The notes beneath the pieces are model-generated. The model did not search any database. It saw only the letters and a list, made by a program, of their open reading frames with translations, and was not told the DNA's origin. Position numbers and translations under genes: made by a program. Below, piece after piece: positions 40,558 through 54,259 of a stretch of 64,000 nt of DNA. Position 1 is the first letter of the stretch; the number at the start of each line of letters is the position of its first letter. Source of the DNA: Tubulanus polymorphus (Eukaryota > Animalia > Nemertea); NCBI RefSeq assembly GCF_964204645.1, contig NC_134026.1, forward strand, positions 22,912,150-22,976,149, in the 5' to 3' direction.

Positions 40558-42339
40558 AAAGCTGGCAAAAATGATGACTATTGTCGAAGTAGAGAACGGG
40601 TAATGTAGGATATTGAGTTACCTAAAATATCAAACGAAATACTAGCGAATATTGATAGATATGATAAGATATTGATTGATATCAAATTTATGAACCAAAA
40701 TGAAAGGCTGCTTTTGGTGGCTGTTTACCATAAATTTTACCATCTCCAATGTCACTTAGGAGTAAAAATGATATTTTGTGACTAGATGAGATTTTCAGAA
40801 TTGATTAGTTGCCGGGGAAATATGATATACCGGTTTTTAGACAGGTAGTGATTGAATTATGAATGCGTCAAGAGTTGGACATCAGATTTATATGCCAGCG
40901 TACGGTAGCGAAGTCTGGAGTTTAGCGGGGATATTAGAAAATCAATGAATCGCTAAGCTTTAGTTCTGGGTTTTATGCGTAGATGGAGTTTCTGTATCAA
41001 CCAACTTAATTTTCATCCTGATGCCGGGGATGGTGCCATCTTTTGATATGATACTCTCTTTAAATTATTCATCCGTAATTATCTGTACCATCCCTTCGTT
41101 AATTAAATGACTGGTTCATCATTATTTCTTGAATTGATTGAAGTTTATTGTCATTAAAGTCAAACATAATTTCTTGAGTTTTATCTACCATACATTTCGT
41201 GTTGGCGATAACATTTATAGTTAAAAACTTGAGGATCTGTAGTGGCCATGGGTAATCTGAGAAGTCAATATATATGAGATTTAGAAAACGCAGGCCTGGA
41301 AAACCTGAGTGATTTTTTTAGAAAGCCACCACGGTTTCTTCTTGATTAAAATCATATGTCACAAATAACATAAATCTCATACATTTTTTAGGTATGGATT
41401 TTGTCTAGAGCAAGTTGATATCTGAGGTTGTAGGTCCAGATTTATCTGCAGAGATTGGGCAATTTCCCTTTTGATTCTTTTTCCACTTCATCTAGATGAG
41501 CCCATTGAAAAGAATAAGATGAAATGTTTTATTCATTTGTAACATAAGAAGTGAACATTCATTGCCCTGAGGTTCTAGTGTATTTTCTACCAGAGGAATT
41601 AGTACAGTTTGGACACTATTCTGGCGATATACTTGTGCCAAACACACCAGGTATGTTTGTATGCCAGATTACCATGGCAACTTGTGGCGATGGGTAATAT
41701 TTCTAATTCGTGAGAATACTGTTTCGTCATATTTATCGTAGAAGTCTGAAAAGTGTTTACCACTCTATGCGAAATTATTAACATTTGGTGACACGAATGG
41801 CTACTCCTGCGTAATAAGGGAGACATGAAGTGGGTCGTTCATTCTTGCTGAAATTGCATTTTTTATAATGAAAAACAGAAAAACCATCTTCTGAAATGAC
41901 ATTAATGAATATTTGCTTGATTTAGCTTTGCATTGCTGTTGTCAGACTTTTCCCATTAGAATCCTATTTCCTATTGTCAAATTCTGATTTATGGATTTAT
42001 GGCATCTAGGCTTATCGCTGGAATTTATAGGGCTTTTTCGTAAAAAAAGAAAACTAGATATAAGGTTTCACCACTGATAATTCTATGTGGCTGCCATCTT
42101 GGAAACATGCCATTTGCTTGACAAAAATTTGAATAAGTTTGAAAGCAAATGTGCGGCTATGTATAAGCCATTAATTTTCCATGAACGGAGCGATTTCGTG
42201 AACTGGTCATGATGGACATCATACATCCTAGCCACCATGTAGTCATCGTAGCAAGAATGAAAGCGAGTGTGAATGAGTTATAAATATGCAATGACTTGTC
42301 TGAGTGTGTTCCATTGTCAGAATTGGTGGTCATCTTAAG

Positions 42340-42560
42340 CAGAGAACACAGTAGACGATTGTTGCTGCCGATCAAGTAGAATGGCAAAAATCCTCAAAAA
42401 ATTACTGCATGATTTTTCGCTAGTCATCGAGATCGCCAAGCTTGCAGCCAAAATCGACGGTATCAAGCATGTTTGATATCCTTTTGCCGACGAGTCCACA
42501 AAATTCACTTCCAATATTATCTAGAGTATCCGCTCCAGCGACAAAATTGCACTGCGGTCA
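42340..42560. mobile_element. Possible old degenerate MITE remnant
   Basis: CpG-rich patch with a central near-palindrome tatcaagcatgtttgata and gcgacaaaattgcac near the right end; termini not resolvable. Confidence 0.35.
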
Positions 42561-45064
42561 ATCTCTTTGCCAATTGAATTGGATCTTTTAATCATTGCGA
42601 TGATACAAAATGGCAGTGGTCATGAGACGTAGGATAAGGAAATTACATCCCTAGTGGGCAATGATACAGTAAAATGACACTGAGAAGAAAAAAAGATCAT
42701 ATTATTATTAGTTGTAGTCACGTTGACTTTTAACAATTAACGGTGACGAACGGCAATTTCGCTCACATCAGCTACATTTATTGTTTTACACCAAATTAGA
42801 TTTTGAATATGTGCAAGTAAATGATGATAGCATGGAAACGCCATCTGGAAATCATTCCCAATATCGGCGTAAGTAAAGCGGGCTTATTAAGTGTGGTATT
42901 CTGGCAAATTCGGCACCATACAAGTATCGTTCTTTGTAAACCCAGAATCTTGTGTGAACGGTGCTTATGTATGCATCTTCCCTCCCCATTGTTCTAAGGT
43001 TTCTTTTGTCTTATGAGTCTTTAGGGCTCAGCGGGTAATGAAATTGATTTCAGATGTCAACCATACGCGCAATCTCGTTTGCCAGGCACTTGGGATTTTT
43101 ATCTGTTTTCTTTCTGCGTCGGAAATATGAACATTATTATTCCAATTTCCGTTTTGTCGCAGTTTCATCGAGACAATGTCACTGTATATAATTCCACCAT
43201 TGCCAAGTTTTGTTGATTTTCGTGATAAATTTGAATGAACCGATTGAACTGCTTGTAATTACATACCTCGTGTTGCATTATAATGAAACTAATGGAGCTT
43301 CTAATGGAGCTACCAATTATATTTTCATTTATTTGGACTCCACTTTTTGATAGTATTTATTTAGTGGGCTTATCAAACAACAAGCACATTTGTCTATACT
43401 TGTCATATTCTCCGCCATGTTGTGGTGACCGAGTGTCAAGTCATACGCCAACATTTGAAAACATGGCAAATTATTCATGTATGATATTGATGTCATTTGG
43501 TTAATGCTGAAGTTTCTGCCAGACACGTGATAAATGACTGTTTAATGAAATTTGGACTTTGTCCTCACCAAACTGCAAAATGGATGCATTTATTCTGCTT
43601 CCTTCCCGCCTTTGACGTTTCCATTAGTTTATAGCCTGTCTCAAGAATTTTATGGGTCGAAGGATCTGATCGTGGAAAAAGTTGCTGACGCTTCAAGAAT
43701 ATTGGTGATTAGTTACCTATTTTCTCAGAATATGCTTTCCCTAAGAAGAGATGGAGAGAGGGAGAGCACAGAGATCAGTGTAAGATTCTATGGGTTTAGT
43801 ACTGGTACAACTCAACAAGGAATGCTTCCATCAATTTGCAGTGGTTTGATATTGAAACGTGGTGAAATTGATTTTAGAATAACCAGTTCACTTGTTTACT
43901 GACGACTCTATTAACTGGCTAAATTAGACTTATGGTGGTAAAAATGATTAATGAATTCATTTTGTACACTTTCCGGAAAAAACAGTAGTCCGTAATGTAA
44001 TGTGGCTACGCAATTAGTATTAGAGAGCTACGATTCAGGTGCAGTGATGTTGATATTACTGTTACGGACAGTTAAGTGACGTCCATGCATAAGTTATATC
44101 ATGTTTCCTCATGACTGTGTTCATGTCCAGTGATTCCGGGCACGTCGGGCTTGCCATAAACTGCGCGGTTTCTGTCTAATACATACAATGATACTGTGGC
44201 CTACTACAGAAATCCAATATAGTCACATTCTACATGGCAAATGTCCTTACCATTTAGAATAGCTTAAATCCAGCTTGGGATACAATTATAGATTTTTCGC
44301 GATATCATTGACAGAATATTTTCAATTTTGTTTCCTTCAAAATGGAAAATAATTCTTGTTTCTCGATGCGCCTCAAAATTTCCCATCTATCCCATATACA
44401 GCAAGGCGATTGATATTTTGATTAGAAGCCTGCATGAAACATTTATTGGTTCAGTTCTTGTGGGGTTTCAGTATGGCTGAAGTATTAATCAAGGAATTGG
44501 TCAAAAGGTTATATTCAAAATGTTATTGGTTGATGAAAATATCAAGGTTGCTTTTCAATATCCCGTTCACAATGAGTAAAATAAACATAATAAATCAATG
44601 TATATGATGCAAACTTGTCTGCAGCTGCTGTTATGTATGCATTTATTACAAGTTGTATCGAATTATCAGTTTTACCAGCACAGAGGTTCTGTATAATACA
44701 TATATTTTTCCCGTGTAATACATATATTTTTCCCATAACTGAAAATAGGTCGCTAGCTATATCGATAGATTCATACTCCACTCATATTTCGATATCTATG
44801 CATAATTCAAGTGGATCGATGCGTGGCTTTTGCAAATCTCGTATTCCACTTGTTTCGTCCTGTGATGATCCCCATGAAATTTTTCTGTATTGTATACACT
44901 GCTGTAACAGGTGTTTTTGATTCAAAATATGCATTTGCAGTGTTAATATACAACGCCTCTAATTTCATCCCAAAACAGTAGTGACTATGAAATCTCCCTT
45001 TTCATCAAATAAACAGTGGCAAAGATGATTTATAGTCTAATATTATGGTATGCATATTCATTCA

Positions 45065-45236
45065 ATGAAGTTCAGACTTTGTGTGCTGCTGTCCTCTGTA
45101 ATAGCTAATAACTGATAGATATGACGAAGTTCAGGCTTCATGTGCAGCTGTCTTCTTTTTAAAAGCTAATAAACGATAGATATGATGAAGTTTAGACTCC
45201 ATACACTGCCATCTTTGATAGCTAATGAACGATAGA
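45065..45236. repeat. Degenerate minisatellite, three units of ~60 bp
   Basis: Unit approximately gaagttcagacttcatgtgcagctgtc...atagctaataaacgatagatatgat, with gaagtt at about 45067, 45126 and 45187. Confidence 0.9.
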
Positions 45237-48200
45237 AATTGTGGTTTCATTACTCGAGGGTGCATGATAGATAGGCTGCTATTAGAAAATGCATTTCAGA
45301 TAAAAATATTGTCGTCATCAAGTGAAGAGCAACCTTGATTTTTTTCTCAATAAAGATAATGTATTGACAAGTATTTGCATATTGATTCATCGAGGATGTA
45401 TTTACATCAAGATCTTCATAATTGCATTCATAATTTATGATTCATTTGAGTCTGAAAAAGCCATTCAGGTGAATGTCAGAAACAATGATATTTCAGAGAC
45501 ATCAAACGTTTTGTGGTGCGCATCTGACATTGCGCGATCGGTTTCCTTTGCAGTGAATGTAAATCAATGTTTTAGACGGTGTAGAGAACTGGGAGCATGT
45601 ATGATTGTCATGAACATTGGCTTTTCTTAAGTTCATTAACTTGCATTCATTGAATAAAAAAGATCTATCTTTCAATGTAGTGAGCTATTAATTGATTGCC
45701 GATGGTATGATGTAGCTCAGTTGATAATCGCATGTAGAAGAATCATAGCGCCCCTCAAATAGTCAAATAAGTTACTAAAGTCAAATCCCTAATGTATTCA
45801 ACAAGCCTCACTTGTGGAACTGGGCTCAGGGTTTGATGATAAGCTATCTGGTTTTGTTGCGATTTTTAGTGTCAACTCTGGATATCATTGTGGGCGCTGA
45901 AATTACATTGAGTTACAACCTATGCCTCTGCTGTGCAGTCAGACATTACTTCGGCTTCACTGAGTTTATCACCTCATTACATGAGGACCCTATGATAATT
46001 TATTCCCAGATGATACAAATTGCATTCAGATCTCTCATGTACTAAGTGCTTGTTATGAATAGCCAGTAGTCATTAGACCAAACAGCTCTCATCTACTTCT
46101 TCTAAGAAAACTGCCACAAACACTTGTATTTTTCAACCATCATTATTTTCCTGTCTAGTTATTTCTGTAGGCTACATATGATTTAGCGCTAAAACAGAAC
46201 AAGAATTTTGACACCTTTCGAGTAAACTATAAGGGAGGGAAAGATATGATTACATCTTGAGTTAGATGATCATTACTTCTGCAGCTCAGAAATATGCTGA
46301 ATGAATTTATCCATTGAACCTACTTATTTATGCATAAAAATGGTTTCCGTAGAATTTTAATAACATTGATATTCTCCAATTTTCGTAGAAGTTGAATATT
46401 CATATGCAATCGGTGCGCGTTTTAGATTTAGCGAATGAATAATTAAGTAATATCAACGTTAGACAAGTACAATTTAGAAGTATAACCCATGTGTTGTTGA
46501 TAATATAGTAAACGCTCCCTAACTTCAGTGGTGTCCTATGCTCTATTGTCATTAGGTATATTGAATTTCTAGTTGGACTGTCTCCTTGATCACTCATGTC
46601 CACATGCGCAGTGTATGTATTTTTAATCATATTCCTAAAAGCTACGGAGCAACCGAAACATTCAGAATGCTCCTAGGTATCAAATTAAGTCAATGATTTG
46701 ACTAAGTTCACCTCTATTTCAGCCACATTCTGTGAGACTAGGGTGCACTCAAGGTGGTCGTCCTGTGATCTTTTATGTGCCCAACTATGTCAGTTTCGGC
46801 CTCTTAGTGTCACCAGTCCTCATTTGTAGATAGACAAAGGTTATTTAAGGAAAATCGCCAGGTTCTGACTTGTAAGCACTGTCATAAGGCACAATCTCTA
46901 CATTGGGATTATGTTTTGTTCTTGCCACCAAGGGGAGTTGAACATTGGAGTTTATACAATTTTTCTGTATTGAATATTGAATGTATATTGATACTGCATA
47001 TTTTTTAACCACAATAAATTGTAAAATTCTTGCTCATGAAATGCTCTATGATTATGATGAGTTTCAAGGACATTTGTAACCAAAAAGCATCACCAAATGG
47101 AAAATTATAGCTCATGACATGTTCTATGATTGTGGTGAGTTTCATGGTCGTTGGTTTATGTATCAGTTCACCAGGATTATCAAGTGGTACTTCGTGGGCA
47201 TAGTTTAAATTGTTTTCAAACATCTTGTGAATTGGCTGACCTGGATATGAAATTGTGCCTCTAATTTATATATGAATGATATACAAATGAAAAAGGAAAA
47301 ATCAGAAAAAAATCAATCTACATCATGATAAGAATGAGCACTTGATCGAAAAGATTGGGCATCTTGTAGCAATCATAATTCATTTGAAATTCATTTGAAA
47401 TTCATGAAAATCCTTCACCAACGGGTCAATTTGCATTTCGAAACAGTCTTTGAAATTAACCATCGCTCAATCGCCACTGCCATGCAACTGTTGATTTCAA
47501 GCATTTTGAGCATTTTGATTACGTTCTTCTTAGTATTTGCGATGTATAAAAAAAGAACTGTGAAATTTGAGATGTCTCCAAAGCGATTATCGATGGATAG
47601 GCAAGTTCCCTGGAGAACGGTTTAGATAAGACTCGCGGGACAGATGTCGTCGAAAGATTTGTAGATGATCGCAGATGAGTTTGAAAAGCAATCGTTTAAA
47701 GCAAATGACGATGTTTGCGCAATCAAACTTTGTGGATTCAGTGAAATTGAAGCAGGCAATACTGATATACCGTACATGTCACCACATCGTAAACAACTCG
47801 TTCACGACCCATCAGCCATCAGGTCTATTTTGTCCATGTGATCGGGCAACATTTCCTGGTCTTTCTCATTTCCATCACGGAGCAACATATTCTCAAATGT
47901 ATATTCAATAAATTTATCCAGGAAAGATATAAATCAAAATAATTCAGCCCTATTGCCTATATAATAAATGTTGGCATGTTGGCAGTAACTGAGTATGGGC
48001 ACAAAATCGGATGGGTAGAACTTGATTGGATCGAAATATGTAATAAATGATAATACATTATAACCCATGCGCATTTCGATAAAAGAATAGGAAAACAAGT
48101 TGAAGAGCATTTCCACCAATAACTTGAAGAGCATTGAGGAATGGGAAATGAGATTGGAATCAGGGCCTACAGTGAGGGTGACATCATGGTGCGTTCTCGT

Positions 48201-49051
48201 AATATTGCCATAATTTACCGCTATCTCTTTCTGCGCCCGTAGAGCTGGAAAAGGAAAACACGCAAAGCACATAATGCATTATCAGCCAGCAGGACTGCAA
48301 CCGATGACAACTTTCCTCTGGTTTATTTAAATGACTGTTTAAGTGTTTGTCGTTGCACTTGCTGTAACGCCAATAGTTCGGTCAAGCAGTCGCAAACATT
48401 TTTGACTGGTTGGCTGTGTGTTTTATCTCCGTTATACCATACTACACTACGAGTCTATTGTTCTTTGTGACAACATGTGTTCTGATCTATTGAACTTGCG
48501 ATTGGATTTCGATGTTTAATTCCCTGTAGGAGTTGTTGTTTCGCAGATTGCAGATTGCGGGTCCAATTAATGAAACCTGGCGCATACCAACCTATAGCCT
48601 TGAGCTCGGTGTCTATTACACATTTGCACCTCGTAATAGATGTCATTCATCAAATAAAACATCTACAGAAGACATCATTGGTAAAGATAGCGGAGAAAAC
48701 AATCACGATTTGTTAGCACAGCTGTATGGACATATATGACGCGGAAAATCTTATCCGAATTGGTTTTTTTTTCATTTTCAATGACAACATTTACATGTTC
48801 ATGCGTGTGGATGGAGTGTATAATTAGCTGTGACATGTGTACTGGCTCAGCTGAAGTAAAAGAAGAGAGTTAGTTGCAGACTACTAGTGTTATCACAGCA
48901 AGCAAGCCAGCGCCATATATACGTCAAACTAGCTATGGTGGCTTATGTGTCAAAAGCATCTTTGTAGTTGCCATCTCAGCGTTTATGTTTATCTTTTCTG
49001 TTGCGTTGCCGAAATTAGTTTTACGCACCGAGTCGGAATTTTTCTGTTAAA

Positions 49052-49121
49052 ATGTTATGCGTTAATTTATTCAACAAGGAGGCTGGTGGGCCCGGACTAG
49101 ACAAACTTTCCATCAATTCTG
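49052..49121 (+). CDS. Candidate alternative first coding exon of the KChIP gene (MLCVNLFNKEAGGPGLDKLSINS-G)
   Basis: aaaATG context, 23 codons plus 1 nt, donor CTG|gtaagt, phase 1. Confidence 0.5.
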
Positions 49122-51357
49122 GTAAGTCATATCTTTAATAGATTTTCGAACGATCATTTGAAAAATTAGCTCGGTCAATATTGGGCAAAGGACTTGGTTA
49201 TTTGTTACTAGTATAGAAAATTGATCTCTACTTTAATGGTTAGTTTTTCTCAGGTCTTTGAATTTTGAATAATCCAAGAATTGAAAAATTTCTAAATTCT
49301 GTAACTCCTAAATGTGGTATACGTTTTATCATATTTGAGACACGAGGAGCATCATTTATTTTCTTACACTAGCTGTGTCTGAAAATTGATATCTGCAATC
49401 TCTGGGGTTCATTCTGAGGATTTGCAGTATTATATTCTTTCTATGCTGGTGAAAGCTCTAGTATTATTTGACAACAAGAGATCGCAATGTTTTTTCTCTA
49501 CTTGAGTATCAATGCTGCGCTGGGCGATTAATGGTCTGTAAGAAATTATGATATATCTTGACTCGGGAAGATTTAACATCCACGGTTCGAGCGGGAAATG
49601 TAGTTAGAGAAAGATCTCTGCATCTTCGACAAGACTCGCTGGGAGCTTGGAGTAATCCACGATAAGGGTGATGTTGATAGTGTAAAGTCAATGCGCCTCT
49701 TTCATCTTTTGTCTTTATCCTGAAATGCCACTGAACGCTTAATCAACTGAGGAATGCACAGAAAATGCCAATATAGTCTAGTAATCTATGAAACCACCAT
49801 TTTGCGAGTAGATTTCATCTGCTGACTTTGAAGTGTGTGTTGTAAGTTCTGTTCGCTAAACGTCATCAAAGTGATGCAGAAAACCACTGCAATATCCGAT
49901 CTTAATGCGCTGTAAGGCTATTTATAACATAAATAGCTTGGTCTATTTTTTTGCGCACAATCATCCGTTAAGAATTGATTTCATTGTGGTCGTTGTTATC
50001 TTCTGTCGCCTCGCTTGTATAGGATTCCGAGTTCATTTTTCAACGTAACGGATGCCATCGATCTTTTATTATGATCTTGATGGCAGCTGGTGTCGTAAAA
50101 TGTATAAAATTTGGGTGTTGGCTATTTTTCCAGAAAGGCTCTTATGATTTTATCGAAATTCTGTGTATGCTACCAGTGATTGATTTGCTGTTATTTTGTT
50201 GAGGTTCGAATCAAAAATCCCCTGAATTATATCATGTCACAACTAGATATGTTGATCTTTTTAGGTCGATGGTATATCTCCTTATTAACGAACCTCTTTC
50301 ATGATTCAATAAATCAGTTCTATGTGATTTAAAGCTATTTTCCAATGCACTAAAGGTCACAATATTACAGTAATTTGGCAAAATGTGCTAAGCTTTTTTA
50401 CCCCCTATATCGAGCCTCAGGTGTAAAGTTTGTTCGTTATTTCTTCATTATAAAGTTTTTAAAAACAAATCTCTATCTAAAAGAATTTCCATAAATCATA
50501 TTGTCGAGATCTGATAACTTCCAACAACGGCTGAACCACATGTCACTTGGAATGTGATTTCAGATTGAAATGAAGGTCTGTAGTCTTTGCCATGTAATTT
50601 TTAGCTCTTCGGTTGAATATGTTAACCATATCCGGTTAGAACTGAAGCTTGTCTTGGTAATAACGCTGGGATATGCCCGCCAAGTTACTCAACTCATTGA
50701 TATCACCCTTAATTAAAGATTTTTCTCGTTCGTGTCTTCTGTACCTCAGTCTCATCGTTGCCGGCTCTTTTTCTAGTTTCATTTGCATTTGCGTTCATCC
50801 CATTCATTTCAGAGTATGCTTTTTTCCATCATCGCCAAGACTTCACGTTCAATTAAGCTTAATCTCATCTCAATTATAGACGAAAAGTTTCTTTTTCGCA
50901 AAACACGCATATAACAATTGAATTTTCATGGTGAACTTCAACCCTGGCGTCATTGAATTGCATTCATGTGGTGATCATGTTAATGATTTTTCCACGCACG
51001 CTGAAGATGCATTTTGAATTTTCTCATGAATGTTGCTCTTGCGTGTTCTATTTATTGCTTATCAAATTGTCTTGGGTAATTGCTTCGTTAAGTGGATTTA
51101 TATAAAATTTGGAGAATCTGTCTCTCCTTGAGATATACGAACTGGAGATATGAAATACTCCTCTTCACTTGACATTTTAATGTTGAATCGGAGATTCCTC
51201 TTTTTTATGTGTATACAATTTCGTCATTTGAGCTACATTCGCAAAATCATTGAAGTCATCGCGACTTTTATGAAACTGGTGTGTCGTTAATGGCAACTGT
51301 ACCAGAATATTTGAATAAAGTATCAGCCAGGGCCAAGGTTTCCGACATCTAGCATAT

Positions 51358-51371
51358 GTTACCATAGGAAC
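51358..51371. promoter_or_regulatory. RFX X-box-like palindrome GTTACCATAGGAAC
   Basis: Matches the X-box consensus; lies 37 nt upstream of a consensus donor GAG|gtaagt at 51408. Confidence 0.35.
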
Positions 51372-51816
51372 TACCAAATAAATGTATCTTATATGTTGAT
51401 CCGTGGAGGTAAGTATAATGAACTATCTTTATAACCCCACACTGAATCAGTCGGATTCGCATTCTGATGAAGTTTTTCGTATTAATGTGGTACATTTACT
51501 TGCTATCAGGCGAAGAAATAGCTAAATGTCTTATATTGCTCTGGAGAGTATCTGGCTGATGGTCTCACATATTGGCTTTTCGTTTCTCGGATAAAATGGT
51601 TTTTTGGTCAGCTTTATATCTAGTTGGTCCATAACTCCTTCATGTAATTGATTTTGGAATGAATTATGTAAATTTACTGTTAGTTCTGAAGAAGGGTGTT
51701 GATGATTTTTATCTTACAGTCTGTTGGTTACTTGCTACCAGTATGAGAGGGGACATTTTTTAGTAATAGGCAAAGAAACTGTAGCATTAAGGTCTCTGGC
51801 GTTGAAATGAAACTGA

Positions 51817-52029
51817 AGCCGTGATCACACGAGCATTTTTGGCACGGAACAACTGTTCACACGGGTGCCAAATGGGCCCGACCAAAAACGACTGACCAGG
51901 CCCGAGCCAAATTTTATCACGAGACAGTTTACGCGTGAGCACACTCTAATTAGACGCGGGCCAAATATGGCTTGAGCCTGATCCGTGCCAATTTGGCCCA
52001 GCCCAAATCCTCTCTGTGTGATCGCGGCT
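51817..52029. mobile_element. MITE family A internally deleted copy with best-preserved TIRs
   Basis: agccgtgatcacac...gtgtgatcgcggct (14-bp TIR, 1 mismatch); no clean TSD. Confidence 0.85.
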
Positions 52030-54236
52030 TATGTCATGAATATCGCGTTTTCATCTCTATGCATAAGTGATAATCCTGTCTTCCACAGGCTATTATTCAG
52101 CCTTAACAAGATTTCAAACAACAGGAAAACATTGTTCTTGGATGTCCAGCCATATTTTTCATTCATTTCCTACCTTGTAAAATCTTTCTTGGTTCGGGTT
52201 AAATTATCATAGACGGCAATGATAAGGGTCAGCCATACCTCACAGGACACTAATATTTGAGAGTTACCCTGGAGGAATTGCATTTCCATTGAATCTCAGT
52301 TGTGGAATCTAATTCGCACTTGAAAGTTTCACACATTTCATTTGTAGTCCATATCCTGGCATACTGCATTCTTATGCCATGGACTGTAAAACTAAGAGTC
52401 CATGATTACATGGAACTATCATAAAACCCACTTACCATTCTGACAACAGCCGCTTGGGACAGATAGGATAAATGAGTTCAGTATCTTAGATATTGAAAGG
52501 GTTTATGTATTTTGTGTTATATGGATATTTTGGTGACAATTTATTATTGGTGCGGTAATGATTAATTATTATGATTACTCAAAGAAATACCAGATGAATA
52601 TTTTCATAAACTGCTAGTTCAAAATCAGTGATTTGTTTCAGTAAACTTATGTGCCGCTCACATACTTGCACTACTCTGCCATCTTGCAGTAAATGCTGAA
52701 ACCAAAATGCAAGCTTTTCCCGTTGCTTTGGTAACGGTTGGGTTTGTAACGTAGTGACACTCTCGGTAAAATCATCAACTAAAAGAAAGTGAGAAATGTA
52801 TAATTTGCTCAATTGAGAAAGGCCACAATTAAAGTGTAGAATGCAAAGAATGAAAAGTTTGCAACATTCTGCATTATCAGGTGGCTGATGATGGCCATTA
52901 GAAAATTGCCGAAATGTATCAACAGACTTTTAAATTGGCTTCGATTATACTTTTCATGGATAAGTGTATTTCAATAACTGTAAAATGAATTATATTGAAT
53001 TTTATTTCACCAAGCTTTGAAGATATTAAAGATATGTAAATGGTGCTTTCAAATGTGGCTTTTTTATACGTATTCATTTATTTCCGAGATATCTTACGAA
53101 GGACTGTATGTGACTGATAAACGATTTCAACATTACAGGGGTTGGCGTACTCTACGTCGACCCCTCATTATTTATGATTACGAACCTAAAGTGATGTTTC
53201 GAAGCTGAGGACCTAATCACAAATGACAGCGTCATTTCGCTTGATTATCAGACGCAGCAAGCATCCGACAATCAAATTTGCCATTGCTTTTATTTCGATG
53301 TTTCAATCGTCGAGTATCAATATAATTTTAATCGATATAGCCACACATTACGGCCTACCACTTATGATAAAGATTATACGGCGTGCCATCATCCAGCAGC
53401 CTTGCTTCATCGATATTTTTTCGTCAGCATTTTTGTGCTCGTACGCTATTCGTATGCTATTTTAAAGAGAAAGCTGCCTTTATATAAATATTTTATCATT
53501 ATATTATATGATATTATGATATGTCTTATTAAGCATATGATTTTGCTTGGCTCAATGTGTGGAAATAAGCATAGATGTCTTAAATGCAAAATATACTGGA
53601 AATTTAAATAGAAATACATAATCATATTCAAAGACCTTAGTTGAAGAATACCAATTTGAAGTGTAACGGTTGGTTTTATCACTTTGCTGTGCATTCATCT
53701 TCATAGATGACACTTTACATGTTAAAGTCCATGATATTTTCCGTGATTAGAAAAGCTGCAATCATAAAATCCAATCGGCAACATTCAATTTGCATTATGA
53801 ACCCGTCGAAAAATGGTGGTGGTTTTCATTTGCCGTGATCGTCGCATTTTGCTGCTAAAAGCTGCTTATTCTTAATTTCTAACAAAATATTGTGTTTTTT
53901 TCTCTTGCTCCTGTCTGAACATCTTCTAGGCAATGGTAAGTCAACCAGTTCAAATATGCATTTAAAAAACAGCTTTCCATTATCGCTTCTCCCAGTTAAT
54001 GGAACAGTTTGTTGCAAACCCTTATGAATGTCTTGCTCGTAATCCCCTTCGTACTTTATCCTTTCCATTTATCGAACACATAATTGAAAAGTTCACTAAA
54101 AAGTTGTACTAAAAGGCAGGATAGTTTTTTTAACTTGAACCTGTTGGACATTCATGGGGAAGTTTGCATTAACTTTTCTCTAATTAAGTAGTTATAATTA
54201 TCATTTTTGTTTCGTCGTTGCTAGTAATTTTCAGTA

Positions 54237-54259
54237 TGCTGCTGCTGCTGCTGCTGCTG
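54237..54259. repeat. (TGC)n trinucleotide repeat, about 7 units
   Basis: Direct reading. Confidence 0.95.

Noticed and set aside
45065-45236. Spaced repeats as a CRISPR-like array (also 27213-27465)
   Set aside because: Whole units are homologous with no unique spacers, the context is eukaryotic, and there are no cas genes.
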